From NCBI RefSeq assembly GCF_018977255.1, contig NW_024704743.1, forward strand, positions 58,964,001 through 59,028,000: 64,000 nt of DNA. The letters are read 5' to 3'. Of the stretch, positions 50,720-62,704 are shown piece after piece. The notes beneath the pieces were generated by a model. It was not told where the DNA came from and ran no database searches. It was given only the letters and a program-made list of their open reading frames with translations. Source of the DNA: Callorhinchus milii (lineage: Eukaryota). The translations under genes were made by a program, and so were the position numbers. How positions within the stretch are numbered: the first letter of the stretch is position 1; every line of letters starts with the position of its first letter.

Positions 50720-52290
50720 AGGCTCGGCTCTCTCAACCCTATCCCTACCCCTTTCCTCACCTCGCAGCTCCACCTTCTTGCCCCCCTACTCACAGACAGC
50801 ATAAACCTCTCCAAGTCCACAGGCACCGTTCCCACCCTTTAAAAACGGCCGTCATCACTCATATCCTTAAAAAATCCCTGCTCTCAAACTACCGCCCCAT
50901 TCCCAACCTCCCTTTCCTTTCCAAGGTCCTGGAACAAGTTGTTGCTTCTCAGCTTCGCTCCTTCCTCTCTCGCCACTCCCTTCATAAACCCCTCCAATCA
51001 GGTTTCCGTGCCGCCCACGGCACAGAAACAGTTTGGTCAAATGACATTTTGTCCTTCTGCGACCAGGGCTCCCTCTGCCTCTTCATCCTCTCTGTTGTCT
51101 TCGATACCGTTGACCACTCTATCCTCCTCCACCACCACCTCTCTTCTCACCTCAACTTTCACGGCTCTGTCCTTGACTGGTTCAGATCCTATCTCTCACA
51201 CCGTCTCCACATCATCTCCACAAATGGCTTCTCCTCTAGCCCCTGCACCATCACATGCGGCGTTTCCTCAGGGCTCTGTCCTTGGTCCCCTCCTCTTCAA
51301 TATCTATATGCTCCCTCTTGGTGACATCATCTGAAGACATGGGGTCAACTTGCACGTGTATACGGATGACACCCAACTCTTTCCGCCTCCACCCTCGACT
51401 CCAGGACCACTACTGTCCTGACAAACATCAAACATCAAGTCCTGGATGACAGCTAACTTTCTACAGTTGAACATCACCAAGACTGAGGCTCTCCTGATGG
51501 GTTCCCATCAGCGCCTCCTCACCTCAGGTGCTGACAGAATCACCATCCATGGTTGCGCACTCCACCTTGCTAAGCCAGTCCAGAACCTTGGGATCTTGTT
51601 TGACTTTCAACTATCCTTTCTACCCCACATCCATACCATGACCCGCTCTGCCTTCCCCCACCACTGCAACATCGCTCCACCATTGTCTCACACCACAGGT
51701 CAAGATCCTCATACACAAATTCATAACATCCAGGCTCAACTACGCAAACTCCCTGCTTGTTGACCTCCCCATCTCCTCCCTCCATAGGCTGAAGATCATC
51801 CAGAACTCTGCAAACTGTGTCCTCTCCTGCACCAGGCTCCGCAACCCTATTACCCTCATCCTCGCCCGACTCCACTGGCTTCCCATCACACAGAGGATAC
51901 AGTTCAAGATCCTGGTCCTCATCATCAAAGTCCTCCATGGCCTTGATCCCCCCTACCTCTGAGACGTCCTAACCCCTACCAACCTGCCTGCTCAGCGGGC
52001 TCCGGCCTGCTTCATGCCCCCCGCCTCGCCCATTGGCAAGCAGGCCTTCTGCCACTATACCCCCACCCTCTGGAACTCCATCCCACAGTCCCTCCACCGC
52101 GCCCTCTCCCATGCCTCTTTCAAGACCGGTCTCAAGACCCTCCTCTTTGACCATGCCTTCGGTCACCCTCCCTCCACCCCCCCCCAATCGTAAACCCCAG
52201 CTCATGGGCACGAAACACTGATTGTCGAGTGCTGTGGGAACGTTCTCCTGACATGAAAGGACCTATACAAATACAATTTTGTTGTTGTTG
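50720..52290 (+). mobile_element. L2 LINE, ~1.55 kb RT remnant (longest copy), frameshifted
   Basis: SNYRPIPNLPFLSKVLE, FDTVDHSILL, PQGSVLGPLLFNIYMLPLGDII, MTANFLQLNITKTEALL; tail tacaaatacaattt(tgt)n. Confidence 0.95.
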
Positions 52291-52485
52291 TAGTCGGTGT
52301 TTCACTTCCCCTAGAGGCAGACTGCAGTGCTTGTTGAGCGCTATTCCAATTCAGCACCTCAACTTAGACTGGAACAAGTGAATTCAGTAACAGTGTGAAC
52401 TGCTACCATTTTGGCATGTCCAACACAGATGCCAGAGCTTCCTCACAATCTTAGTCAAAAAGGCCCCTGTATTAAAATTGAATAC

Positions 52486-52597
52486 AGAATTTTGGAACAT
52501 TTTAAAATTCTGTATTAATTTGGAAGCCACTTTTCCAGTTATTTTGTAGAAAAAATAGCTTCCAAATTAAGTGAATTTAAGAATGTTCCAAAGTTCT
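52486..52597. repeat. AT-rich palindromic hairpin element, copy 2 (~50-bp arms, ~13-nt loop)
   Basis: agaattttggaacatt...taatttggaagc pairs with gcttccaaatta...aatgttccaaagttct. Confidence 0.8.
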
Positions 52598-53349
52598 ACA
52601 CAATGTTACATTTTAAGACTATAGGATTAAATCTGACACCATGAAATATTTCAGGCATCAGATGTGAGCCCAGGCTCTATTCACTTGCACCTCATCATTA
52701 ATGGTCGGTATAAAACTGTGGGCAACATTTTTTTTGCCATATCTAACCAGAATTAGGCAAAAGCCAAGTACGGAAGTCAGACTGGCAGTCATGGCAAGTT
52801 CAGCTTTGTTGGGACAGCTAATGGAAACATTAATATTCAACACAAATCCATCATTTTAAAATCATTCTTCCCTAGTGTACGAGCAAATTACAGTTTGGTA
52901 AAGCTTGTCCTACGATAGGTGCTATGATGTGCATTTTTTAGAGTACTTCAACAGCACTGCAAAACAATTTCTTCACATGCTCCTTCAAGTATGAAGTTTA
53001 TAGCAACAATCAAGCCAGAATTTAAACAAGAGACTCGAATTACAATCATTTGAGGTCATGTGTTGGCATACCAGCTCTAGCATTACCTTAACACTAATTG
53101 ACTTCTAGCAACTGTTATCCTGATTTGGTGTGGCAGCCCAGCGAGGCACCTATTTGAACTGCCATCTAGATTCACGGCTCCTTTTTGGTACCAAGATTAC
53201 AATGTCAAAGATAAAACAAAAATGTCGAGACACAGCAATGCGGTTTAGTGAAGATGCAATGTTTTGGTGGGTAAGCATCCAGTGAGATCCAGTAATCCTG
53301 CTCTCAAACTACGACTCAGCTTTATTGTCCTGCACTTACACATTCCTGT

Positions 53350-53710
53350 GGAGTCCTATATCTCAGTGGTTAGAGCGCTCACCTCACAAGGGAGAGACCT
53401 GGCTCTACTTCCGGCAGGGCAAAATGTTGGGCAACTTTCCTTACTCCAACGCCTCTGTTTACCTGGCAAAGTAGGAACCCAGTTGTTAGTCGATTGCCAG
53501 ATCTCTTTTCCGGGGCTAATAATCCCTCAAAAAAATAATAATAATTTGGTCACTACTGTTTGTGAGACTCTGCTACACTCAATTGGCTGCCGCGATTCAC
53601 CCATAAATATGCCGTCAATTCATTTTACAGTATATTCTGTGAAGCGCTTTGAGACATCTAGAAGACGTGAAAAGCACTATATCAAATGCAAGGTATTATT
53701 ATCATCATCA
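53350..53710 (+). mobile_element. Full-length young composite SINE
   Basis: GGAGTCCT head, central gcctctgtttacctggcaaagtaggaacccagttgttagtcgattg, tail gcactatatcaaatgcaaggtattatt. Confidence 0.92.
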
Positions 53711-54401
53711 TCCCTGGAATTAGAAACTACCAAATCGGTCAACCTGCAGCAATTCAATCCTAGCAAAATCCTTCAATGGTGGCGATAAAATTATTGTGCA
53801 GTGTCATTACTGTGTGGCTGTCAGCAAAAGCTCCCAGAACCTAAAAACTACAACAACAAATTGTGTTGTTATTGAGAAAGCACGCTTTCTTCGAGGAATC
53901 CCCTGTACCCCCCGCCCCCCCACACACACACACTCATAATACTTTGGCACCCATAAGAATGTGGGTTTGAACCAGAGATGCTGTTCTGTGCAGTGCAGAG
54001 GTTGCCAGGAGATGCCACAGATGTTTTCACACACCAGAGTGTCACTCAGATGCCAGGATGGTTATCGTCATCCACAGGCACAACCCAGGGTCAAAACAAA
54101 ACCTGCTCTGGAGCTATAAAAGTCTCTCAATTCTCCTCTCCCTCACCCTTGCACAGTTACGAGATTAAGACTGCAATCTCTTATCTGGGTTCAGGTGACC
54201 ATTTATAAACTACAAGACCTGGGCTCCTATGATTTATGATACCGTCTCACTCTGTTTATTATCTTGTAATCACTGCCAGGTTTCCATTGTTCTCCAGGTC
54301 AAGGCACTTAGAACTATAAAATGTAGCAACTGGTGCCTGGCCATAATGGGCTCTCCACCGCATGCCTTTCACGACATGGCTTACACAATATGTAATGGTA
54401 T

Positions 54402-54591
54402 CAACAACAAATTACATTTGTATAGCGCCTTTCACATCAGGAGGACGTCCCAAGGCGCTGGACTGTCAGGGATCCGCACCGAAGCTGGTGGTTGGGATCA
54501 GGAGGGGTGGAGGTGACCGAAGGCACGGTCAAGGAGGAGGGTCTTGAGAGAGGCAAGGAAGGGGGCGAGGCGGGGGGGACTGTGGGATGGA
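54402..54591 (-). mobile_element. L2 3' end (left arm of an inverted pair)
   Basis: (CAA)n attacatttgtatagcgcctttcacatcaggaggacgtcccaaggcgctgg. Confidence 0.88.
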
Positions 54592-54613
54592 TGCATCAGT
54601 GGACCAGCTATCA

Positions 54614-54838
54614 GACATTCTGCCTCTGGCTCCCCAGACTCCATCCTGGAGTCCACAGTTTAATACTCCCTCCCCATTTTCAAAGCCTGCCTCAAAACTT
54701 GCCTCTTTGACTGCACTCTAGGTCATCTTCTCCCCACCCCCACCCTCTTCAAATCCCCAGTTTGGGAGCCCAGTCAGCTGTGTAAAGCACTCTAAGACGT
54801 CCTCCTAAAGTGGAAGGCACAACTATATAAAATGTAAT
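54614..54838 (+). mobile_element. L2 3' end (right arm of an inverted pair)
   Basis: cctcaaaacttgcctctttgact...aagacgtcctcct...ctatataaaatgtaat. Confidence 0.8.
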
Positions 54839-55864
54839 ATAGCACCCTTCACACAGAGCACTGTAACTTGCGTTGTATCCAGTACAAGGCAATTTTCAGC
54901 ACTATCAAGGCTGAACATTGCTGAATTTTAAACTTCATTGCCTTTTCTCACCAAACAGTCAATTCAATCTATGCAACAGAGTGGAGCAGTTGGGACCTAT
55001 CCTGTTTACTTAATTTCGGAAAATATTAGGTGCAGGTTGGCAGGAGCCAAGGCTTGGGTACTGCTGGAGTCTAACCTGCTAAAACCACATAGCTTGCCAT
55101 TGATATTGCTGTCCGGCAAACTTTCCTGCTGCTTGTCCAGCTTGGACCACCCTACCCGTGAGGGCTTTGGCTTGCAGGATTAACACGTGCTGAGTGGGAT
55201 GATTCCCTGCCCCCGGTGATTGGTCTTCCCTTCCAGGTGCTCCGAGGAGTCAGGAATACTGCTGACCCGCCTCGCTCAGGAACTGGACTACCAAGACCAT
55301 CACAGAGGGCTGGCTCAATTCCGACATTCCTTTGCCATCCATGTCACCTTGGAGCCAGTTCAGCTACAGGGAGATTCCGCTTAACAAATGCAACTGAGCC
55401 TCCAAGTAAGTAGAGAATCCAAACTGGGGAATTCACCACTTCGAATTTCACATCCTTGAAGTAGCCAAGTGGGCTGTCTTATCACAATCTCCATACAAGG
55501 GCTCATTTCTAATCAATACTATTCTCTTGACATTTGTGGCAGCAGAACAAACCAAGCAAATTGTTTAAAAAAAACATAATCCAGCTCAGTGAGAGAAATG
55601 TACGTGAAAAGTGAAGGGCAAGGAAAACGATAGTGAAAGAAGGTAATAAAATCTATTATTTCTCAATTCAATTTTATGTGGAGCAAAATGAAAGAATCAT
55701 CCAAAAGAACAGAAATGAGCAACCTGAAGCCTTGATTTTGTTACAAGTTTGGACACGGAAATCTCAAGCATCAGTATATCTGCATCTCTAACTTGGGTGG
55801 GTTCTGTTGATGGATAGTCCTACAACCTAGTTATTGCTCAGATCCAGTCAGTCAATCTGAGAGC

Positions 55865-55942
55865 CTCTTCAGGTGAACATTAAAAGATCTTATGGCACTG
55901 TTCGAAAAGAGTTTCCCAGGTGATCTGGCCAACAATTCCCCA
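55865..55942 (+). mobile_element. Deu-domain SINE fragment (inverted partner of the next copy)
   Basis: ttcaggtgaacattaaaagatcttatggcactgttcgaaaagagtttcccaggtgatctggccaacaat. Confidence 0.75.
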
Positions 55943-55964
55943 ACAGATTCTCACAAACAGCCAC

Positions 55965-56247
55965 GACCCACAAACAGCCATGGAGCGAGTGACCAATTTT
56001 ATTTGGGGGTATTGTTGGCCAGGACACTGGGCGAAACTCCATTCTTTTTGAATAGTGCCATGGGATTTCAAACATTCACCTGAACAGGCAGACAGGACTT
56101 CGGTTTAACGTCTCATCTGAAGGATGGCACCTCCACCAATCCAACACTGCATTGGAGTGTCAGCCTAGATCGCAAATTCAAAGTCCCAGAGTAGGGCTTG
56201 ATCCCACCACTTTCTGACTCAGAGACAAAAGCACTACCACTGAGTCA
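55965..56247 (-). mobile_element. Deu/SacSINE1-like SINE
   Basis: Best-preserved copy of the old family: head gactcagtggtagtgc..., ccttcagatgagacgttaaaccgaagtcctgtctgcctgttcaggtgaa. Confidence 0.88.
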
Positions 56248-56943
56248 GGCTGCTACATGTCGAGTTGCACTCCTGAATAAATAACTCAACTGTGCATCTG
56301 ACGTGGTAATATCCAGCGACTCATATTGGTGTTGGATCCAGTCCCTTTGACAAGTCACCTATTGGGCCGTGGGGGGGGAATAACAGGCTGTAGAGAGAAC
56401 AGGAGAAGTTATTTCCTCTAAACCCTCCTGGTCTCTCTCTCTCTAACTCTAGATCTCTAAGCCTACTTGTTGATAAAGGAACTTTACCTCCTAAAAGCAA
56501 ACCTTACCTTCCTAGACTCCAGAAACGCTGGTTACCTAGAAATCTCCAGAGACATATTCCTTTAAACTCAGCCTCTAACAGTTTTGCCTTGATGTAAACA
56601 AATGAAATTTGTAGACTGCAGGCTGTAATCATATCTCGAGGGTATTAACCATCAATTTAAACAGGAATTCAACGGTCTGTTATGTATCCACGTATGCAAG
56701 AGGCTTGCCCCTGAGAGGCATAAACCTGTCTCACAGCAATATTAACTTAAACCATTCGACTCTAGTCCATCCATAAGTTTGATCATCCTCATTTGCTGGG
56801 TGCTCTAGATATACATTCTCTTCACCAGCCCTACCCCCATCTCACTCAAATGTTTTTCTGAAATCATGGATTCCTAAATTGGGTACAATTTGCATACGTT
56901 ATTTACATGTACAAAATCAGATGAATTCACAAACAGACAGATG

Positions 56944-57242
56944 ATAATAATAAATAATAATTCTTGCATTTGATATATATATATTTGATACATGCATTTA
57001 TGTCTCAAAGCGCTTCACAGAATATATTAAGTGAATTGATTGTATATTTTGCGGTAAAACGTGGCAGCCAATTGCACAACAGTGTCCCACAAACAATCGT
57101 GGATTGAGTGACCAAAGTATTATTTTTTTTATTATTTATTATATTATGTATTTTTTTGAAGGGATTATTACCCCCAGAAAAGTGATCGCCATTTCACCCT
57201 TCCTGGGAATCGAGCCCAGGTTCTCTAACCGCTAAGCTACAG
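56944..57242 (-). mobile_element. Young composite SINE, rearranged
   Basis: Tail (TTA)n..., body tgtcccacaaacaatcgtggattg, head remnant gggaatcgagcccagg...gctaagctaca. Confidence 0.82.
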
Positions 57243-58187
57243 TGGTCTGATCTTTAACATCCACCTATAAACACACTGTGTGAGCATGGACTATGAATTC
57301 AAGTCTCCACAACAATCTAAGACAGAAGGCTACCAACTAAGGCAGAATGAATAACACCCCAAACAATGTATTTTGGTGAAAATCATCAATTTTGCTCCAT
57401 TAGGGATCACATAAGGAGACCATTCAGCGCATAAAGCTTGAATAAGAAATATTTCCGCTCAACCACTTAAAATTGTAGTTGAGAATTCAAAAGCCTAACA
57501 AGAATTTTTGAACGGTGGAAATTCATCATTTGATCTACTGCCTTGAAAAGATTGAAATCCTCATAGAACCAATTGAATGCTGGTTTGAGTATGAAGCTTG
57601 AGGAGGGAGCAGTCTACTCCAGCAGCCACTTGACCCAAGGCTAAGGTCTCCATCAGTATCTCACAGCTTCTACAAGATTGGTTAGGGCCCCAAGGTCAAT
57701 GCACAGAAATGCTCAGACATGTACCTCCCCCAAAGTAGCACTCACGTTTTCACTGGAATGCAACATCATCCTTGCCTCCAGTTTACTTTGTGTTTCAATT
57801 TTTTTTAAGGCAAGTCTTCCAAGAGCTCATTATACCGGAAGAATCTGGGAGATGAAATAAGTATTGCAGGCTGCCAGAAAGTTTTAACAAAAATGTTTTG
57901 AAGCCTAAGTGTTTGATACAATTTGCTTTGTTAGATTATACAATTTCTAACCCATGCACCTCTGTCCCCACCCACAACATGCACTTGCTCTGAATAATAA
58001 ATTTGAATCTGTTCATGTCAACAAAGCCTCAATATTCTACACAACAAAATGATCATTTTCCTCTTTCCCTCTGAGAAAAGGAGCACAGACTATCAACACT
58101 AGTATACCAAGGCAGCAGCAATAGTGAAACAAAAGCATTTCACAAGAATTTGACTAAGGTGCTCAACAACCAAGTACGTGAAATATA

Positions 58188-58355
58188 ATACAAATTTATA
58201 CGGCACCTTTCATGTCAGGATGACACCCCAAGGTGGTGGACAGTCCAAAGTTTGCACCCGAGCTGGGGGTGGGGGCCAAGGGGTTGGAGAGGGAAGAATA
58301 TGGCCAAAAGCTCAGTCAAAGAGGAAGGTCTTGAGGTGAATTTGAAGGAGGCGAC
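58188..58355 (-). mobile_element. Short L2 3' end
   Basis: tttatacggcacctttcatgtcagga...gtcaaagaggaaggtcttgag. Confidence 0.8.
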
Positions 58356-58526
58356 AGGCGGTTTTCTTGCTGTGGAGCAACAGAAGGCTCCTGGCAAGGA
58401 TCAGAATTAAGAATTGCGCTGCAAATCCCTAAAAGGCTCATATGCATCGTGCAGGCTGGGAAAAGACTATCCAGCTGACATTGATATTGCTTCACCTGTC
58501 TGAACTTACACAAGGTCTTTCACATT

Positions 58527-58890
58527 CATAACATAGAAGTAAAAATAAGAATAAGTCATTTGGCCCACCATGCTGGTGCCATCTATAGACTACACAGACA
58601 CCTACCCAAACATGGATTCTACTATTCCGGGTATCCACAACAACATTTCCCAAGTCCTCGCCCCACGAAATTCATTGTGTCCCATCATGTAGCATTTGTT
58701 CATCTCTGTCAGCACCCCTCTTCATATCTCCCAGTTCTACTCCAAGGCAATACTTATCATTTTTTTTAAAAAAAGGAGTTACACTACAAAGCACTAGTTA
58801 CTTCAGATGGGAGCTTTTGTGAAAACATATCTTACAATCTCTAACCCAGGCTTGAGGCTTTAATTTTAGACCCATTGCCTCTAGTTCTGT
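58527..58890 (-). mobile_element. Degenerate CR1 3' end
   Basis: cataacatagaagt...catttggccca...ttgtgaaaacatatctta...cccattgcctctagttct. Confidence 0.5.
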
Positions 58891-60035
58891 TGTGATTTAA
58901 AGTCAGTTGGTGGTATGCAAACATCTGAAATATAACATTTAAAATAAAGTCAGCTTCATTATCTTCAAAAAGCATCGCTTCTAGAAAGAATGGGGAGTCT
59001 GTGTTCTTTGCTTAAGCGCCTCCAGTGAAAACTCAACACAGAAAAGAAGTTTACATTATGCAACAAATATGCATATGCAATGCATTACTGGTATTCTGCA
59101 AGTGAGATGCAAAATCTAAACGCACAAATACACAACTATTACTAAAATTTCAAATAGAAACTACAAATAATAAAGGTTGGAATGCAGCTACTAACATTGA
59201 CTGTGTTAAATATTAAAGCTTCCACTTATGTACTGCAGATGAAGCACAGCATGAAGTGGGAAGATTTAATCCTTTATCCTCACTACAAGACTTTCCACTT
59301 AAATGGGAGGCTTTTTGTTTTGCTCTTTTAGCCTGAAATTGTTAAAGTGGATGAGTAAAGCTGGTCCACAACAATAGTACATTAAATTGTTGTTGCTTTC
59401 CACTTGAATATAAAGACAAAAAGAGTGCTAGTAAAATGAATACATTCAATTTGAAACGCTCATTAAAATTTTATGAGTGCTCACTCCTGTCTGAATTACA
59501 CACTGCACGTCACAAAAAACACACACTGGTGGCAAGCAGAAACATCTACTTTACCCACAAGCAAACTATATGTATAAACACACACTAGAGATTAAATGTA
59601 ACCAAACAGATGTTTTCACTGTTTAAATATTGCACATTTTGGCTGCTAAATTTTCCAGCTAGGAAGCTGGAAAATATTTGCTTAATAGGGCTGATCGAAT
59701 ATTCTATTACTGAAAGAAATTGCTGAGTATTCAGATTCATTAGTACATCATAGCTAAGAGACCCCTTTCGGGTCAAAAGTGCACTTTTTTTATTATTAGA
59801 AGTTTGCTGGTGGACTGATCTCCGTTGGCAATCCAGAATGAAAAGTCTGAATTTTTAAGCACCAAATTTCTGTCAGTGTCTCTTTTCAGCACCAGATCTT
59901 TACTTGCCTCCACATCGAGTTCTTCCATCAACAATATGAAGAGGCGCTGTTTGGGAGCAATGACGCTTTGCGAATGCCTGGGGGCTTTTGAAACAAGCCT
60001 CCAAACAGGAAAATGATGGCATCATCAGGCTATTC

Positions 60036-60680
60036 AATAACAACAAGATTGCATTTATAGAGCGCCTTTCACGTCGGGAGGACATCCCAAGGCGCTGGAC
60101 AGTTGGGTCGGGACCCGAGCAGGGGGGAAATAGTCAGGGTGAGGGGAGGGAAGGGAGGGAGCGAGGAGGGGGTAGAGAGTCGAGAGGGGAGCTGAAGACA
60201 CGGTCAAAGAGAAAGGTCTTGAGACCAGCCTTGAAGGAGGAAAGGGAGGAGGCGGCGAAGGCACTGGGAGATGGAGTTCCAGAGCCTCGGGGCTGAGAGG
60301 CCGAAGGCCCGACCACCGATGGTAGAAGGGCGGTTGGGGCGGGGGATGTGGAGCAGACCGGAGCCAGAGGAACGGAGGGTACGGGCAGGTAGGTAGGGGG
60401 ATAGTAGGTCAGAGAGGTAGGAGGGAGCGAGGCCGTGAATGGCCTTGTAGGTGAGGATGAGGATCTTGAATTCGATCCTCTGGGGGATGGGGAGCCAGTG
60501 GAGGCGAGCGAGGGTGGGAGTGATGTGGTCGCGAAGCCTGGTGCGGGACAGTACACGAGCTGCAGAGTTCTGAATGACCTGCAGCTTGTGGAGGGAGGTG
60601 CCGGGAAGGCCGGCGAGGAGAGAGTTCCCATAGTCCAGCCTTGAGGTGATAAAGGCGTGGACCAGAGTTTCAGCAGCAAA
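60036..60680 (-). mobile_element. Young L2 LINE 3' end with an uninterrupted RT C-terminal frame
   Basis: ORF 60204-60746: [25 protein letters not shown]...QNSAARVL...[42 protein letters not shown]; CpGs retained. Confidence 0.97.
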
Positions 60681-60903
60681 TTCACACGCATCTTCTGCCA
60701 AAATTCCCAGTGGATGATCCAACTTGGCTTCCTCCCGAGGCCCCATCCATCACACACATCAGTGTCCAGCCAATTCGGTTCACTCCATGTGATAACAAGT
60801 GGCTGAATGCACCAGATATTACAAACAAACAAAACGAAAACAACTTGCATGTTCAGCTCCATTCCCAACACCTCTGACACTGAGATAGCCCGTGCCCTAG
60901 TGC

Positions 60904-61341
60904 AGCAACAACAACAAGATTCCATTTATGGAGTGCCTTTCACGTCAGAAGGACGTCCCAAGGCGCTGTACAGTTGGGTCGGGACCCGAGCAGGGGGGAA
61001 ATGGTCAGGGTGAGGGGAGGGAAGGGAGGGAGCGAGGAGGGGGGAAATGGTCAGGGTGAGGGGAGGGAAGGGAGGGAGCGAGGATGGGGTAGAGAGTCGA
61101 GAGGGGAGCTGAAGGCTCGGTCAAAGAGAAAGGTCTTGAGACCGGCCTTGAAGGAGGAAAGGGAGGAAGCGGTGAAGGCACTGGGGATAGAGTTCCAGAG
61201 CCTCGGGGCTGAGAGGCTGAAGGCCCGACCACCGATGGTAGGGCGGTTGGGGCGGGGGATGTGGAGCAGACCGGAGCCTGAGGAACGGAGGGTACGGGCA
61301 GGTAGTTAGGGGATAGTAGGTCAGAGAGGTAGGAGGGAGCA
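60904..61341 (-). mobile_element. Young L2 3' end with a 46-bp perfect tandem duplication in the 3' UTR
   Basis: Near-identical to 60036-60430; units 60993-61038 and 61039-61084 are identical. Confidence 0.95.
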
Positions 61342-61463
61342 AGACTAAGCTTGGACTAACAAGTGGCTAACAATACAGCACTCCTCCAGCACTGCATGGC
61401 AGGGTCAGTGTCAGTAGTGTCCCTCTCTCTCCCCATCCCTGTCAAGATATTTAGTAATTCTCA

Positions 61464-61640
61464 TAATAATCGTTGCATTTGATACAGCGCCTTATCATAG
61501 TTTTGATACGCCTCAATATACTTCAGAATATGCTGTAAAGTGAACTGACTGAATATTTTGTGGGCAAAACCGGCAGCCAATTGCGAACAGCAGTGTCCCA
61601 CAAATAGTCATAAACTAAATGACCAAATTGTTGTTATTTT
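61464..61640 (-). mobile_element. Composite SINE 3' half
   Basis: ataataatcgttgcatttgatacagcgcc...ggcagccaattgcgaacagcagtgtcccacaaa. Confidence 0.82.
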
Positions 61641-62684
61641 TTATTTATATATTTCAACCTTCAAAAGTGGAAATGAGCAGAGCATATTTAAAACCACTGC
61701 CAAAAGTCCATGATACATAATTTAATGACCATTTAGGATAAAAACAGTTGTCAGTATTTACCCACCTAACCTACAGTGGATATTAGGAAAGCCCAAATAT
61801 TTTGCACGTGCGCTATACATTCAAAAGTTATTTTGCTGTAAGAGTCGAAAGAGAAAAAAATATTAAAAAGTACATTGCCTTGCAGTATTTAGAAGACCAT
61901 CTTCCACTTTTTGCATCGTTGAGCCATTTATAACTCTCTACATTATATCATAAAAGGATTACTATCATCATCACACAGGTTCAAAACAAATCAAAAAATA
62001 AAACCGCAGTTTGTATCTTCATCTTTAACATATTTCAAACATAAATGATAGATGACTGCCTCAGAGTGGGAACGTGTCAGATTCTGCACTCCCTGTTGGA
62101 GTGACCCATCAACCCCGGTCTGAGATCATGTACAGTACTTAACAGTGAGCTTGACAGAATAATGATTGAGAAGGGCTATGATAGGATACAAAATGGCAGC
62201 TTATCTTGCTTGATGGAACTGCCGTCCACTTAGCAGTCTCTTCCCACAGCTTCTGTGGTGTCCCAGAGGGAAGGAAGCATTATGTTAGCAATCTAGCAAT
62301 TCCCTGACGGGAGAATCTTGTACGACAGCACAGCATTCCTGAAAGGCCTTTACTTTTAACATAACGGCTGGCTCTAGTGTGCTTATCAGAAGAAAGCAAG
62401 TCCTGATAGAGCTCAAGTTATAACTACCTGTCAGATTTGTCTTTCCACTCCCCCCCACCCACCACCCGCTCCTATACACACTTCCTGGAGGTCTCGCACA
62501 TCTCTTTGTAACCAGTCAATGTCTTACCAGCACAATATGAAGAGAATCAGTACAAAGGAAAAAGTCAGTGTCCATACTATTCCTTCACACAACTCCTAAG
62601 AGTTAGTACAAGGGCACCATAGGGAGGAGTTTGGTCCCTCCAGGGAGGAGACTTGCTGGTGGTACATTAATACTCCTTTCAGTT

Positions 62685-62704
62685 GGGGGGGGGGGGGGGG
62701 GGGG
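62685..62704. repeat. G20 homopolymer
   Basis: Direct inspection. Confidence 0.95.

Noticed and set aside
56258..56735. Possible solo LTR (TGT...ACA ends, AATAAA, purine skew)
   Set aside because: No target-site duplication, and the AATAAA position and strand are inconsistent with a single LTR; cannot be supported without a library search.
60134..60925. 263-aa minus-strand ORF and overlapping 180-aa ORF
   Set aside because: The 180-aa frame is the L2 RT C-terminus and the 263-aa frame is its Pro/Ser-rich shifted frame; not a host gene.
60793..61368. 12-bp direct repeat TAACAAGTGGCT (60793-60804, 61357-61368) as a target-site duplication
   Set aside because: Neither copy abuts the L2 ends (about 100 and 15 bp away).
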